Source of the DNA: Octopus bimaculoides | Taxonomy: Eukaryota | Direction of reading: 5' to 3' | NCBI RefSeq assembly: GCF_001194135.2 | Contig: NC_069002.1 | Location: 17,391,174-17,455,173, forward strand | DNA: 64,000 bases | Translations under genes and position numbers: made by a program | Shown: in pieces, positions 51,291-63,578 of the stretch | Layout of the letters: the number at the start of each line of letters is the position of its first letter | Numbering within the stretch: position 1 is the first letter of the stretch | The notes under the pieces: generated by a model | Told to the model about the DNA's origin: nothing | The model's database searches: none | Seen by the model: only the letters and a program-made list of their open reading frames with translations

Positions 51291-52417
51291 ATTTTCACTT
51301 TGAACAATTTATGAAGATACATGCATGATTAACAAATATTTTTACCAACAGATTAGCAATGGGTTTCTTGCCTCCATTTGAAAGGTGTAGCAAATTCAAC
51401 CAAATCAGAATTGAATATTTGGTGGGGGGGGGGGAATTTTAAGCATGATTGTGTGGTTAAGAAGTTTGCTTCTTGGCCACATGGGTATCAGTTTCAGTCT
51501 CACTACATGTTGCTTTGGGCTAGTGTTTTCTACAACTACCTTAAATCCACCATAAAGCCTTTTGAGTGGTTTTGGTGGATGGAAATTGAACGAAACCCAT
51601 TGTGTGTGTGTGTGTGTGAGATCATCATTTAACGTCCCTTTTTACCATACTGCCATGGGTTGGACAGTTTGACATAAACTGACAAGCCAGTGGGTTGCAC
51701 TGAGCTCCATTATCTGCTTTGGCATCAAGGTTTCTATAGCTGGATGTGCTTCCAAACACCAACTACTTCGCAGAGTGTACAGCATGCTTTTTTTTCATAG
51801 CACCAGCACTGGTGAGGTTAGCAAGTAACTCACAAGGCAAGATGCCTCGACTGAATGAGGTATAGTATTGAGGGACAGAAGTGTCTTGCTGAAGAGGTGA
51901 ATACATGGCTTCACCTCTTGGAAAGATAGAGAGAGAGAGAGAGAGATGGGATAAAGGAACAGAAAAGGTAAATGGGTAAGTAAGTCCACTTGGGTGAAAA
52001 TAGTACAATAGATGATCAGAGAATGGGATTGAGTCAGATGCAATGAATTTGGGGTGAGGATAAAGAGAAAGGAAATAGGAGTGGGTCAGAGAGGAGAAGG
52101 TGGCAAGGGACAGCGTAGTGAGGATATGATATAAAGTGTAGGGGGGGGATAAGTGATATCATTTACAGTGCCTAGGTGACTGGACACTGATTGAAGAATG
52201 GGTGTTAGAAGATGAGTTGTACCCATTAGAAAATATTACCTTAGAAATAGGTGAGGATTGGCAACAGGAGGGTCATCTAACCGTAGAAAAATCTGCCTCA
52301 GCAAATTCTATTGAACCCAAGCAAGTATGGAAAAGTGTACATTAAAACAACAACGATAATGATGATGACGATGAGTCTCCTGTTTACTGATACCATTTAT
52401 TTTTGTGTTCTTGAAAG

Positions 52418-52521
52418 GAAAACAAGCTGTGGTGGTCATGTCATGTGAAAATGAACACATGCCGGAAGACTTAATACTGGAACCAGGTCTTGTAATGATC
52501 TTCGCGCATGGTGTGGAATGA
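52418..52521 (+). CDS. RNF41: RNF41 last coding exon (G-KQAVVVMSCENEHMPEDLILEPGLVMIFAHGVE-stop)
   Basis: TTTTGTGTTCTTGAAAG acceptor ending 52417, phase 1; TGA at 52519-52521. Matches human GKQAVVVMACENQHMGDDMVQEPGLVMIFAHGVEEI. Confidence 0.95.
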
Positions 52522-52763
52522 GGTAAGGTCTTATTGTTCCGTTTGGTCATTCTTTCTTAGAATACAACAAATATTACTGAAACATTGATATGTTTATCGT
52601 GTGTAGAAATATTTTAAAGAATAAGTCTACTGGCCAGTTAATGCAAGCACGTTTTCAGCTGATGGAAAATAATACAAAAGGCACAGTTCTCATTGCATTT
52701 TAAGCAAAGAAAATCTTGGCTGGGTTTTGTGCGTAGATTATAAACAATGAAGTATAATCTGGT

Positions 52764-53150
52764 GTGGAGGCGCAATGGCCCAGTGGTTAGGCAGCGGACT
52801 CGCGGTCATAGGATCGCGGTTTAGATTCCCAGACCGGGCGTTGTGAGTGTTTATTGAGCGAAAACACCTAAAGCTCCACGAGGCTCCGGCAGGGGATGGT
52901 GGCGAACCCTGCTGTATTCTTTCACCACAACTTTCTCTCACTCTTACTTCCTGTTTCTGTTGTGCCTGTAATTCAAAGGGTCAGCCTTGTCATACTGTGT
53001 CATGCTGAATATCCCCGAGAACTACGTTAAGGGTACACGTGTCTGTGGAGTGCTCAGCCACTTGCACGTTAATTTCACGAGCAGGCTGTTCCGTTGATCG
53101 GATCAACTGGAACCCTCGACGTCGTAAGTGACGGAGTGCCAACAACAACA
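52764..53150 (+). mobile_element. Young full-length tRNA-derived SINE with (CAA)n tail and 10-bp TSD
   Basis: Head GGAGGCGCAATGGCCCAGTGGTTAG, CpGs intact; TSD ATAATCTGGT at 52754-52763 and 53151-53160. Confidence 0.88.
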
Positions 53151-53859
53151 ATAATCTGGTATTGAATTTTGGCACAAGGTCAAGAATTTCAGGGGAAGGG
53201 GGAAGTCAATTACATCAACCTCAGCATTCAATTCGTTATTTTATTGACCCCAAAAGGATGAAAAGCAAAGTTGACCTCAGTGGAATTTGAACTAAGAATG
53301 TGAATACAGACAAAATGCCACAAAGCATTTTTGCATTTTGCCTGGTGTGCTAACGATTCTGCCAGCAATAAAAACAGACACTGCACCTTTAGCATTAAGT
53401 AATATCCTGACTTGTATATGCAGATATCTGTATCTGTAAATGCTTGAACATTGTCAATGAGTGTCATCTGTTAATCTCATAATCAATTCGCATGTATAAA
53501 GAGATGCATAAACTTGCATATGAACATAGCAGAAAATAAAACTATGAACTGCAATATAAAGTTAATTTCAACTAGTAGCTATGGGTATTTATATGAAGCA
53601 CCTGAATAAATACCTAAGTTTGGACCATAACCACATGCTAAAGGTTGGTCCAATGACTAAGGTCAAGCAGTAGTGACCTTATAGTTGAGTGGTGCTGTAG
53701 AAATAGTCGCCCACATCAAAGTACTTGGAACTAAATCATTCTGGCCTGATATTACATTAGAGCTGTTAAATCACATCAAGGTTCAAAAAAAAAAAAGAGG
53801 GCAATAGTTAAAAAAAACTTGAGAAATGCTGCATTGGAATCTGCTACTAACAGCTAATA

Positions 53860-54038
53860 ATCCTTTCTACTTTAGGCACAAGGCCCGAAATTTTGGGGGA
53901 AGGGGCCAGTTGATTAGATCGACCCTAGTACGCAACCGGTACTTAATATATCGACCCCGAAAGGATGAAAGTAAAAACAGATGAAATACTGCTAAGCATT
54001 TTGCCCGGCGTGCTAACGTTTCTGCCAGCTTGCTACCT
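53860..54038 (-). mobile_element. Family A SINE with 15-bp TSD
   Basis: TSD TACTAACAGCTAATA at 53845-53859 and 54039-54053. Confidence 0.85.
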
Positions 54039-54616
54039 TACTAACAGCTAATATTGAGAAAAGAAATTAAAATGAGCTAAGGGATGTAACTCGAATGGAC
54101 CAATGGGGATAATGTAATGCCGTTTTCAAAAAACTCTTAATTGGAATTTCCCCCTTTGGAGAAAGGAGTGAAAAACGTAGCAGCAAGGGGAAATAACTTC
54201 AGGAAACTGAAAATGAATTTCTCAAAATTACATTACTGAGGCAAGGGTCATGTCTTTGCTTGCAGGTATGGGACAACTATGAACATGTTGTTTCCATGCT
54301 ATTAGATCTCATCAGTATAGTACAATCTAACAAAGCTACAGATTTTTATGGCTAATGAGAGATTGGCTAAGAATTTCTTGAAAATATTTTGCTATTAGAT
54401 GACTTCTCAGCAACTAATCAACAACTTTTGATAAATTGTCTTTCACTTTTAGACGATTTTCATGTCTCCTCTTCACTACATTGTAGTAGATTTTTGTTTA
54501 AGATTGTGTCAGTTATCAGTTTGCAGAACTGCAACGAAACTTAACACTTCATAGTAGCTACTGCTGTTAAGAATTACACAGAAACAAATCAAAGTTTCCA
54601 TCTCTCTCTCTGTATA

Positions 54617-54775
54617 CAGTGGTGGCCAAAAATTTGGAACATTTTTTAAAAATTAAAATTATTATGCTCAAGTACAATTTTATCCATATATATATATATA
54701 CAATGTATATATTTGGGCATTTAGTATAAAAATTCTAATTCTCATACTTATGTTCCAAACTTTTGACCATGACTG
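54617..54775. mobile_element. Tc1-type MITE
   Basis: TA TSDs; 25-bp TIRs CAGTGGTGGCCAAAAATTTGGAACA / TGTTCCAAACTTTTGACCATGACTG (4 mismatches). Confidence 0.78.
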
Positions 54776-55824
54776 TATATAATATATATAAAATTTTGTT
54801 AAGATTTATGTGCAATAAATTGCTTATACTTCTACAATACAAAAAATATTTTAATTATTTTTATATAATTCCTGATATAATCATGGCTAACAGCCAATAA
54901 AGTTTCATCAGAGAATATTGTAGCAACTGAATGTCAAGAAACAACATGGTTGTTGATCACAGTGATGAGTTGTTGCTGTTCCTCATCCAGAGCAGCTCTG
55001 ACTAATAAGATCTATGATCAAAGACATTCCAGCCATGACCATATCTATTTATTTTTAGTTTTTAGGGCACAGGTATTATCAAATGTGCCCTTACCGTTTT
55101 CAAAAAGGGCAGAGGTTGTCATTTGAGGAAGATTTGACTGCTATATCTAGCTGGTTGAGTGATTACATGAATCTTCCCTCATCATTGGTACTACTATAAA
55201 GTAGAAGAGATTGAAAGACCTGTTCTATGTAGATTTTTCATCTGAGACAAGGGCCCACTAACAGGGAGTGCACTTGCACCCCCTAAAATTTTGTTGGGGT
55301 GCAAAATTCAATATTGTACAACCTACTTACCTTTCTCAGGCTTAGAAAATAGTGTTTAAAAATTGATCTGTAGAAAGCTAGTTGAAGTTAGGTTTCTTCA
55401 CAAAACAAGAACAAAAAACTAAAATGAATAAAAAGAAAACTCCCCAAATCCCTAGAAAGATATATTGCTGAACTAAAGCATCCTTAACATGAAAATTGAA
55501 ATTATTATTTTTATAAATATATATATATATATATNNNNNNNNNNNNNNNNNNNNNNNNNNNNNNNNNNNNNNNNNNNNNNNNNNNNNNNNNNNNNNNNNN
55601 NNNNNNNNNNNNNNNNNNNNNNNNNNNNNNNNNNATATATATATAAATAAGATAGATAGAAAGGTCCTGAAAAATTAAAAGGTAACAAGTGACATGCAAA
55701 ACTCAGCAAATGCAAAGAAAGTTAACAACATGCAAATACATGATAAAGAAAGAAGTACAGGAAAAAAAATACAATTCAATACAACAGGCACTATAGGCCA
55801 GTTCATATATAGTTTTACACAGTT

Positions 55825-57110
55825 TTTTGGGCTAATGGACATGACAACCACTGGGTTATCGTGACATGTGTTGGTGGCGGGGGAGGTGCGTGTGATGATG
55901 CAGTATCTACTTCCTGTTGTACAGTGTGTGAGGGTGAAGTATGAGGCTCTGGTGTAAGAGCATCTGTATAAGCCTATTTAAGTCTATCAACCGAGACTGT
56001 TCCTTGAGAAACATTTATGTCTATGGTGAAATGTTTATTCGAATGAGAAAGGACATGATAAGGTCCTGAGTAAGGTGGCGTGAGGGGTCTTTTCACTGCA
56101 TTGTTTCTAACAAATGTGTCCATGAGGCAATATCCCTCAGGACTGAAGATTTGATGGCTTGTTGCCGATTGTTCACAGGTGGTAATTTCTGGAAATAGGA
56201 ATGCAGGTGGTTAACATAAAGTGCCTGATCTTGAGTGACAAGATTGACTGGGGTAAGTATCTGCCTTGGCAAAGACAGAGGAGCACTGTACAATAGTTCA
56301 GCTGGGGAGTATCCCAGATCCTCCTTGAATGCAGTCCGAATACCAAGGAGTACTAAGGGAAGGTACTCACTCCAGTGCTGAGTGTCATGATAAGTAATGA
56401 AATGCAGCTTTTAGCTGGCAATGGGAACACTACCATTCTGTTTGATGCCAGATGATAGCTGGTAGTCTGAACCCATTGGGCACCAATGTTTTTTGTTAGC
56501 TCAGAAAAAAGGTGGGATTCAAGTTGTCCACCACAGTCTGTAATAATGATGGTAGAAACACCATAACATGATATTCATCCTGACACCAGAGCTTGTGCTA
56601 TAGATCCAGTAATGTTACTTAACAGAATTGCTTTGGGCCATCAGGTGAAGCAGAAGTCAAGATGTATGTAAATCCCTGACTGACAGGCCAGGGTCCCATG
56701 AGATTGATATGTATGTGGCAAAAATGTGCATCCAGAGTACTAGAAGTTCTGAGAGGAGCATGGATGTGCTTATGCACCTTTGACTTTGAGTATTGGAGGC
56801 AAGATAGAGTCCATATAGTAATATCTCATCTCATATGTGGTCAGAAGAATCTAGCCATTATAAGCTTTACTGTGGTCGAAACTCCAGGGTGTGAAAGACT
56901 AAAGATTCAAATACTGATTGACAATGAATTCCTGGAATGAAATAATGAGGCAAATCCATCAAGACATCACACAAAATCTGCCTGTCAGAAGTTGGTAGAG
57001 GCAGCGACTTGAATTTGCATATTGCAAATTCAGGATATGTGTCCAGTGAGTCCAGAGGAAGTTGATCTGAGGACAAAACAGTCAGGTCGATCTCTGGAGT
57101 GGATGCCAAT
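55825..57110 (-). mobile_element. Decayed Gypsy LTR-retrotransposon integrase region
   Basis: LPLPTSDRQILCDV, TTSYH, GIRTAFKEDLGYSPAELLY and PPYSGPYHVL...VSVDRLK motifs. Confidence 0.82.
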
Positions 57111-57114
57111 GAAT

Positions 57115-57490
57115 TGATCAGCAGATGAGACAAAGCATTTTTCTCAGTTCTGGTTGCAGGTCTCCCAGAACGTTCATCAATATTGATATTTTTTTGGCAT
57201 CTTCAAAACATCTGAACCATTCGTATGCTTGTGTGCAGCTCATACACTCCTCTCCATATACTTTCTGCAACTTTGTGCAGGCCTCTGAGCAGGTATCACC
57301 TTGACAACGTTCTCTGTCACGGTCAATGTAATGATCACATGCTACACACCTTCCCTCCAAGCACTGCTGTAAACAGTGGAAGTGAGTGAGAACATTAAAA
57401 CTTAGTGGGCATGCGCAACAGAGTTCAAGGTCAATCTTTGCCAAGCAACTTCACTCTGCATGCTTTAGCTTCATTAATATGGCAACAGTC
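57115..57490 (-). mobile_element. Mariner N-terminal fragment
   Basis: KLQKVYGEECMSCTQAYEWFRCFED resembles the mariner helix-turn-helix region. Confidence 0.65.
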
Positions 57491-57802
57491 CAGATACCTA
57501 TTCATCAGACCTCATATATAGTAAAAAATATTATTATACCTGTGATTGTTTTGACATTAACATTGAAAAAAAAAAATCAGCTTTGTTTATAAGAAAGTTT
57601 GGACCCGAGCTTGCACCCACTAAACAAATTTCATTAATGGGCTACTGGTCTGAAATGATGTAGGATGATCTTGGTTCATCCACCCCATGCCAACATGGCA
57701 GTGGTGCAGTGGCACAACATTTTTAAAGAAACAAAATGTAGTAATAATCCACAGATTAGGGGGCATTATACTTGCCTTGCGCTAGGTGCTGGTAATCTAC
57801 AC

Positions 57803-58077
57803 CAGGGGTTTTCAAACTTTTTGACTTGCGGACCCCTTTATATTTCAGGCTTTACCTTAGGGACCCCCTTATAAACGCTTATGAAATTTATACATAAATA
57901 TTTGCTTAAAATAACATATTTTTACATTTATTTATTTAACAGTATTTAACAAATAGGTTTATTGTCTATTAAAAGATTTCGATTAAAAAACATATAAAAT
58001 CAAATTGCCCATAAAAAGTATTTGCTGTCCACGGACCCCCTGTCTTATCCTTACAGACCACAGTTTGAAAACCCCTT
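57803..58077. mobile_element. hAT-type MITE
   Basis: TIRs CAGGGGTTTTCAAACT / AGTTTGAAAACCCCTT; 8-bp TSD ATCTACAC / ATTTACAC (1 mismatch). Confidence 0.8.
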
Positions 58078-58174
58078 ATTTACACCACACTACTGCAATG
58101 TGAGACAAAAGATTGTTGAAATGATGATTAGAATTCAGCTCAATTTTATCAGTGTTTTTTTTCTTCTATTTCAG

Positions 58175-59290
58175 AATGATGCAAGGGTTTTTCTTTTGGT
58201 AATCCTATGGTGACTACTGCTGTTGCGGAAAACAAGGAGATTGGTTTCTGCATCATTCATTTATCTGTCTGTCTGTCTCTCTTTCTCTTTCTTCAACCTT
58301 AAGTAAGGATGAGAAGGTTTACGAGGATGGGGCTGCTGCTGCTGCTGTCATTGCTGCTGAAGGGGAAAGTGTGACTGCTGCAGATCTAGCCGAGTGTTGT
58401 ATGACCAACAACAAGGAGATTGTACAGCTGACTGGAGCGTGAAGCCTGTGAATGGACGAATGTGTGCATACATGCATGCATGCATGCCTGCGTGCATGTC
58501 TTTAATGTTTCTGCATGCATCTTTTTTTTTCTCCCCCCCAACCAACCAACCAATTGTGTTTGATACTGTGGCTTCTGCTACTGTTGACTTCGGAACCATT
58601 CTCTCTGATATTTCAATCAATTTGTTATCAATGCTTTTAACCTTCCCCTCAACAACAAAATAAAAATATACAAGAAAAATTACCAAATAAGGACATGACA
58701 ACAACAAGAAATAAATACAAAATATTACCCCTTGTTGCTGCAACCAACTGTATTTTCGAATTTTATCCAAATTTTCCATACATACTCCCTTTTTCTATTT
58801 GTTCGTTTCTTGAAAGATGGCAAGAGTGAAAGAAAATGATTAAAAATGCATTTGTGGATGTGGATTTTTTTTCCTATTAATTGGGTAAAACTGGATAAAA
58901 ACTTGCCTTCTCATTCAATGTTTCGGCCCTGTAACACTGCTGCTTCTATTCTAGTCTTTGAAAAAGAAATGAAAGCTTTGAAGACAGCTAGAATGAAGGA
59001 ATCTAATGGAGACTAACAGACTGAGCTAAAATTTACTCTTGAAGACCTACGAGAGAGGCTCACTGGAGGAAGAGGTAATGTTCCATGTTTTGAAAGGACT
59101 TTTTTTCCTCCCTTTAGGCTTGAACTGTGAAAATGAAGAAAAAAATTGTGTGATCTAAGTTGGTTGTTGTTTTAAATAATTTTTATGTGTTTATTGTTTT
59201 ATATCTTGCAACTATTATTATAATTTTTTTTTTAATCTCAGGGGCCTGCTTTATTTGTTGAATAAATAAACCAGGATGAATGTGGACTCA
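58175..59290 (+). other. RNF41: Probable non-coding terminal (3'UTR) exon of RNF41
   Basis: Strong acceptor TTTTTTTTCTTCTATTTCAG ending 58174. About 1.1 kb of unique, TE-free sequence ends in AATAAATAAA plus a GU-rich tract. A matching donor GAG|GTAAGG lies at 52523. The end coordinate is approximate. Confidence 0.5.
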
Positions 59291-59310
59291 CTGTGTTGTT
59301 TTCTGTTTAA
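59261..59310 (+). terminator. Candidate polyadenylation signal (overlapping AATAAA x2) with downstream GU/U-rich element
   Basis: AATAAATAAA at 59261-59270, then CTGTGTTGTTTTCTGTTT about 20 nt downstream. Confidence 0.45.
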
Positions 59311-60159
59311 TTTGATTTACTGAATCATGATGAATTCTGTATACCTATCTTTCTTTCAAACTCAACCCCTCCTGCTTCTCCCACAACACATACGATATTT
59401 TACTCCTACATATTAACATTTCAATGCATCATTTTTTCTTAAGAGAAAGACTTAAAAATTCAAAATTCATTTTTAAAGGTCCACTGTCTTTCCTTTTCTT
59501 TACATCAACACTTTGTCCATCATGAAAGTATTCTTTCTCTCATTAATGGCTCTTTTATTACTTTAAACCATCTCATCTAGAGTTGTTAATTCCTTTGTTA
59601 CCATATTTTTGTTGAAATACACTATGGTCATGAAGGCAGATGCATCAAGAAATCCCAATCTCTAATTGTGGGAAAGAACATACGGAAGGGGTAGACCCAG
59701 AAAGATATAGGATGAAGTGATGAGAAAGGATTTTCAGACATTAGGCCCTATATTTCGCTTCAGCTAAGCAATCCTAATCTTGTGGGTTAATGGGTGCTGG
59801 TGCACATAAAAAAACCACCCATGCTGGTGCCTTGTAAAAATACCAGTGCTGCATAAAAGCACTCAGGAAAGTGGTTGGTATTAAGAAGGGCATCCAGTCG
59901 TAGAAACCATGCCAAAACAGATGTGGAGCCCAGGCAACTCTTCAACTGACCATCTCCTGTCAAACCATCCAGCCCATGCCAGCATGGAAAACAGACGTTC
60001 ACTGATGATGATCAAAGAAGAATTTAGTAAAATAACTGTCACTATTAAGCTGGTTTTTAGAACATAAATTAACATTATCTTGATGAAAAGTTTTCAGTGA
60101 GATCACTGTAGTTGTATCACAGAATCTGGGATGGTCTCAACTGGGTTCATTATCATCAT

Positions 60160-60410
60160 CGTTTAACATCCGTTTTTCTATGCTGGCACTGGTTGAACGG
60201 TTTGACTGGGGACTGGCAAGCCAGGAGGCTGCACCAGGCTCCAATCTGATCTGGCAAGGTTTCTACAGCTGGATGTCCTTCCCAACTCCAACCACTCCAA
60301 GAGTGTAGTGGGTGCTTTTTATAGCCACCAGCATGGAAGCCAGTCAGGCAGCACTGGCATTGGCCATGTTCGGAGGGTGCTTTTTACATGCCACCAGCAC
60401 AGGAGCCAGT
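60160..60410 (+). mobile_element. Family D dispersed repeat (TTTCCATGCTGGCATGGGTTGGACGGTTTGAC...GGATGCCCTTCCTAA), representative copy
   Basis: Recurs at ~9125, 19275, 23565, 37590, 45140 (minus), 51630 and 59800 (minus), usually next to (CAT)n. Confidence 0.75.
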
Positions 60411-60682
60411 TAGGGTGAGGAGGTGTGAAATGCAAAATTTTTGTATTTCATGTTCACGTTTTATGACATTTTGTACCCATATATGCAGATGTATATACAT
60501 ATATAAGTATATACATATATATATATATATATANNNNNNNNNNNNNNNNNNNNNNNNNNNNNNNNNNNNNNNNNNNNNNNNNNNNNNNNNNNNNNNNNNN
60601 NNNNNNNNNNNNNNNNNNNNNNNNNNNNNNNNNNNNNNNNNNNNNNNNNNNNNNNNNNNNNNNNNNNNNNNNNNNNNNNNNN

Positions 60683-61490
60683 TTGATATGGGGTAGGACC
60701 ACCTGTGGCAGTAATTACAGCTTGAATTCTATGACATATGAACTCATACAAAGTTTGAATTGTCTCCAAAGGAATTTTTGTCCATTCTTCAGCTAAAACC
60801 GTCTCCAGTACTTGTAGTGATGATGGTGGAGGACATCGACTCTTTACTTGTTTTTCTAAAATGCACCATAAATGTTCAATAATATTGAGATCTGGGGACT
60901 GTGGTGGCCAAATAAGATGTTCAATGGCACTAGAATGTTCCTTGTGCCATTCAGTAACAACTTTAGCTGTGTGAATTGGTGCATTATCATCCTGAAAGAT
61001 TGTTTCTCTCTGGAAACAGTTCTGCAACCATAGGATGAATTTGATCAGATAAAATACTTAAATAGTTTTCACTATCAATTCTGCCATGAAGGGAAACCAT
61101 TGGGCCGGCGAATTTCCAAGATATAGCCCCCCAGATCATCACAGATCCTCCTCCATGTTTAACAGTTGGAAGAAGGCAGTCTGGGTCTGGGTCAAATGCT
61201 TCTTTTGACTGTCTCCACATGCATACTCAGCCGGTGGTCGGAAACAAGGTAAAGGATGGCTCATCCAAGAAAATAACATTCTATGACTGCTCCAGGGACC
61301 CATTCTGTAGGTTTTTACTCCACTCTAATTGCTTTGCAGCATTTGTTTTTGAAAGTAGTGGTTTTCTGATTGCAGCCCTCCTGTGAAATCTGGCTTTGTG
61401 CAGCTCCCAGCGAACAGTTTTTGTGGAAACTGGGTTCTCGAGATGGTCATTAAGCCCTGCACTTTTGTAATCCTTTCTAACAATTCGCGT
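60683..61490 (-). mobile_element. Tc1-family transposase remnant with DD36E spacing (Incomer-like)
   Basis: IFLDEPSF, PTVKHGGGSVMIWG, FQDDNAPIH...WPPQSPDLNIIEHLW; 36 residues between the second D and the E; frameshift near 61010. Confidence 0.85.
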
Positions 61491-61890
61491 AAGAATGTGG
61501 CAGAAGTTGTTTTCTGCTCATTTTCAGTGTTTATTGCTCCTGAACATCTGCCACATACAAAAACTATCTTCCTAGTTAGCCTTCCTTTGATATTGCTGCA
61601 CCTCTTATGTGTCCATAGCTTACACTGGGTACATCTTATAGAGTTTCTATCTACGCCTTTTCTACAGATTGAGCAGGGCCATCTACCTGAAGGGGTTTGT
61701 GTTTTGTCTACCTTCCTACTAATTAGGACTTTTGTTTTAGTTAGGTTGACTCTAAGGCCCTTCGATTCTAGTCCTTGCTTCCACACCTGAAACTTCTCTA
61801 GTTCTGATAGTGACTCAGCAATTAGCGCAAGGTCATCAGCATAGAGGAGCTCTCAGGGGCATCCTGTCCTGAATTCCTGTGTTATTGCCT
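61491..61890 (-). mobile_element. RTE-type LINE fragment (YADD region plus Cys/His finger)
   Basis: LLYADDLALIAES, WKQGLESKGLRVNLTKTKVL and WPCSICRKGV...CTQCKLWTHKRC...CGRC. Confidence 0.85.
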
Positions 61891-62483
61891 GGACTAAACA
61901 TAAATAAATCTTATGTCAAAGCAACCATTTAAACTAAAAGTTCATGACACAAAACAGCTGCCAAACTACATCAATAATTATAGTTAAAAAATTAAATAGT
62001 CAAACAAAAAGCTAGTTTGCTTTAAATTCACACAAAACTGCTTCATACAAGTATACTGAGTAACCATTAGACAAAATTTACTGTTAGTTGTCTAATACAA
62101 AAAATTGGCTACATGAAAAAATTAAATTCATACACTCTTTAGCTATTTATACAAATTTTACCATTTATCTTAACAGAAAATAGCTGGCAAAATTACTACA
62201 CAACCTGCCACAAATGCAGGGTTCAAAATTCACATCAATATTATAACATAATAGTTTTTTTGTACTTACCCCAGATGTGACACAGAAATTATTTTAAATC
62301 TAACAAAAATTCTGACGAATTCCTGGAACGTAAAATAAATCCATAAATGCTTAACACAAAGCACAAAGTGCATAAACTAAACCGGCAATCATAGCTTTCA
62401 ATTGAACAACTTTGCCTCATCGAAAAAAAACTGAAGTATACAATTATCTCTGGTTATAAAGTTTTGCCAAGGTTTAGCCAATT

Positions 62484-63575
62484 TGTTATAGTTTCACAGT
62501 TTTGGCTAATAACACATAACTTANNNNNNNNNNNNNNNNNNNNNNNNNNNNNNNNNNNNNNNNNNNNNNNNNNNNNNNNNNNNNNNNNNNNNNNNNNNNN
62601 NNNNNNNNNNNNNNNNNNNNNNNNNNNNNNNNNNNNNNNNNNNNNNNNNNNNNNNNNNNNNNNNNNNNNNNNNNNNNNNNNNNNNNNNNNNNNNNNNNNN
62701 NNNNNNNNNNNNNNNNNNNNNNNNNNNNNNNNNNNNNNNNNNACCCCATTTTGATAATGGACTTTATCCTGACCTTACAGTGCAGCATGAAAGACTGTTC
62801 ACCCGTTTAACTTAACCCTGAAATTTATAATTTCCTAACATTCCTTTCCCCTTAAAAGGGAAAAATTTTATACACAAACAATTTTCAGAAAGATACAATA
62901 TCATGCAGAAAATGTATATACTTGGACATAAAATATATACATGGTAAGTGCTAACACTTGGATAGTACATCTGTAAGTAAATTAGCATTTCCTGCAATAT
63001 GACAAATAGTCAAACTAAACTGTTGCAGGTACAAGCTCCACCTCAGAATCCTCTGATTAGTGCCTTTCACCTTATTAATGAAGACTAAGGGATTGTGATC
63101 TGTGTAGACAGTGGTGGGATTTGAACCTATATAAATTTGAAAGTGCTGAACTGCCCACACAAGAGCTAAACACTCTTACTCAATGGTAGAGTAATTCTTC
63201 TGACAAGAATTAAACTTCCTAGAAAAGTATGCCACTGGACAATCTATTCCTGATTGGCATGCTTGTAACAAAACCATGCCAATACCTACATCAGACGCAT
63301 CAGTCATCAATGAGAATGGTTTCTCAAAAGCTGTTTCACACTCTGATGACCACTTCATGGTCTGGGTCTTTTTTTAACAAATTTGTCAACAGTTCCACAA
63401 TAGTAGAAAAACTTTGCACGAACTTACGGTAAAAACCAATCATTCCCAAGAACCGTTTGATCTGATGTTCTGTCGTGGGTCATGGAAAATCCGATATGGC
63501 TTTTACATTAGCCTTCTTCAGTATGGCTTTACCCTGTCCTACAGTATACCCTAGATAAGTATTCTGGGCTTTACC
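62484..63575 (-). mobile_element. Gypsy remnant: RT end and RNase H, polypurine tract, 3' LTR (62484-62840, partly gap)
   Basis: FLGMIGFYRKFV, TDASDVGIG, VAYFSRKFN, YTDHNPL and RILRWSLYLQQF motifs. PPT AAGGGGAAAGGAA abuts TGTTAG at 62840; the LTR closes with TAACA at 62484. Confidence 0.8.
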
Positions 63576-63578
63576 AAA

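Noticed and set aside
52764-52840. tRNA gene (also similar heads at 20565 and 43322)
   Set aside because: tRNA-derived SINE heads continuing into SINE bodies with tails, and at 52764 a TSD.
58348-58779. 143-aa antisense ORF in the putative 3'UTR
   Set aside because: Low complexity, no recognisable domain or splice context.
61325-61786. 153-aa ORF as a novel LINE-transposase fusion protein
   Set aside because: Chance read-through of an RTE fragment into a Tc1 remnant; the Tc1 part is out of its coding frame.
55825-63575. The two minus-strand Gypsy fragments as one element
   Set aside because: A PPT and 3' LTR lie between the RNase H piece and the integrase piece, so they are separate insertions.
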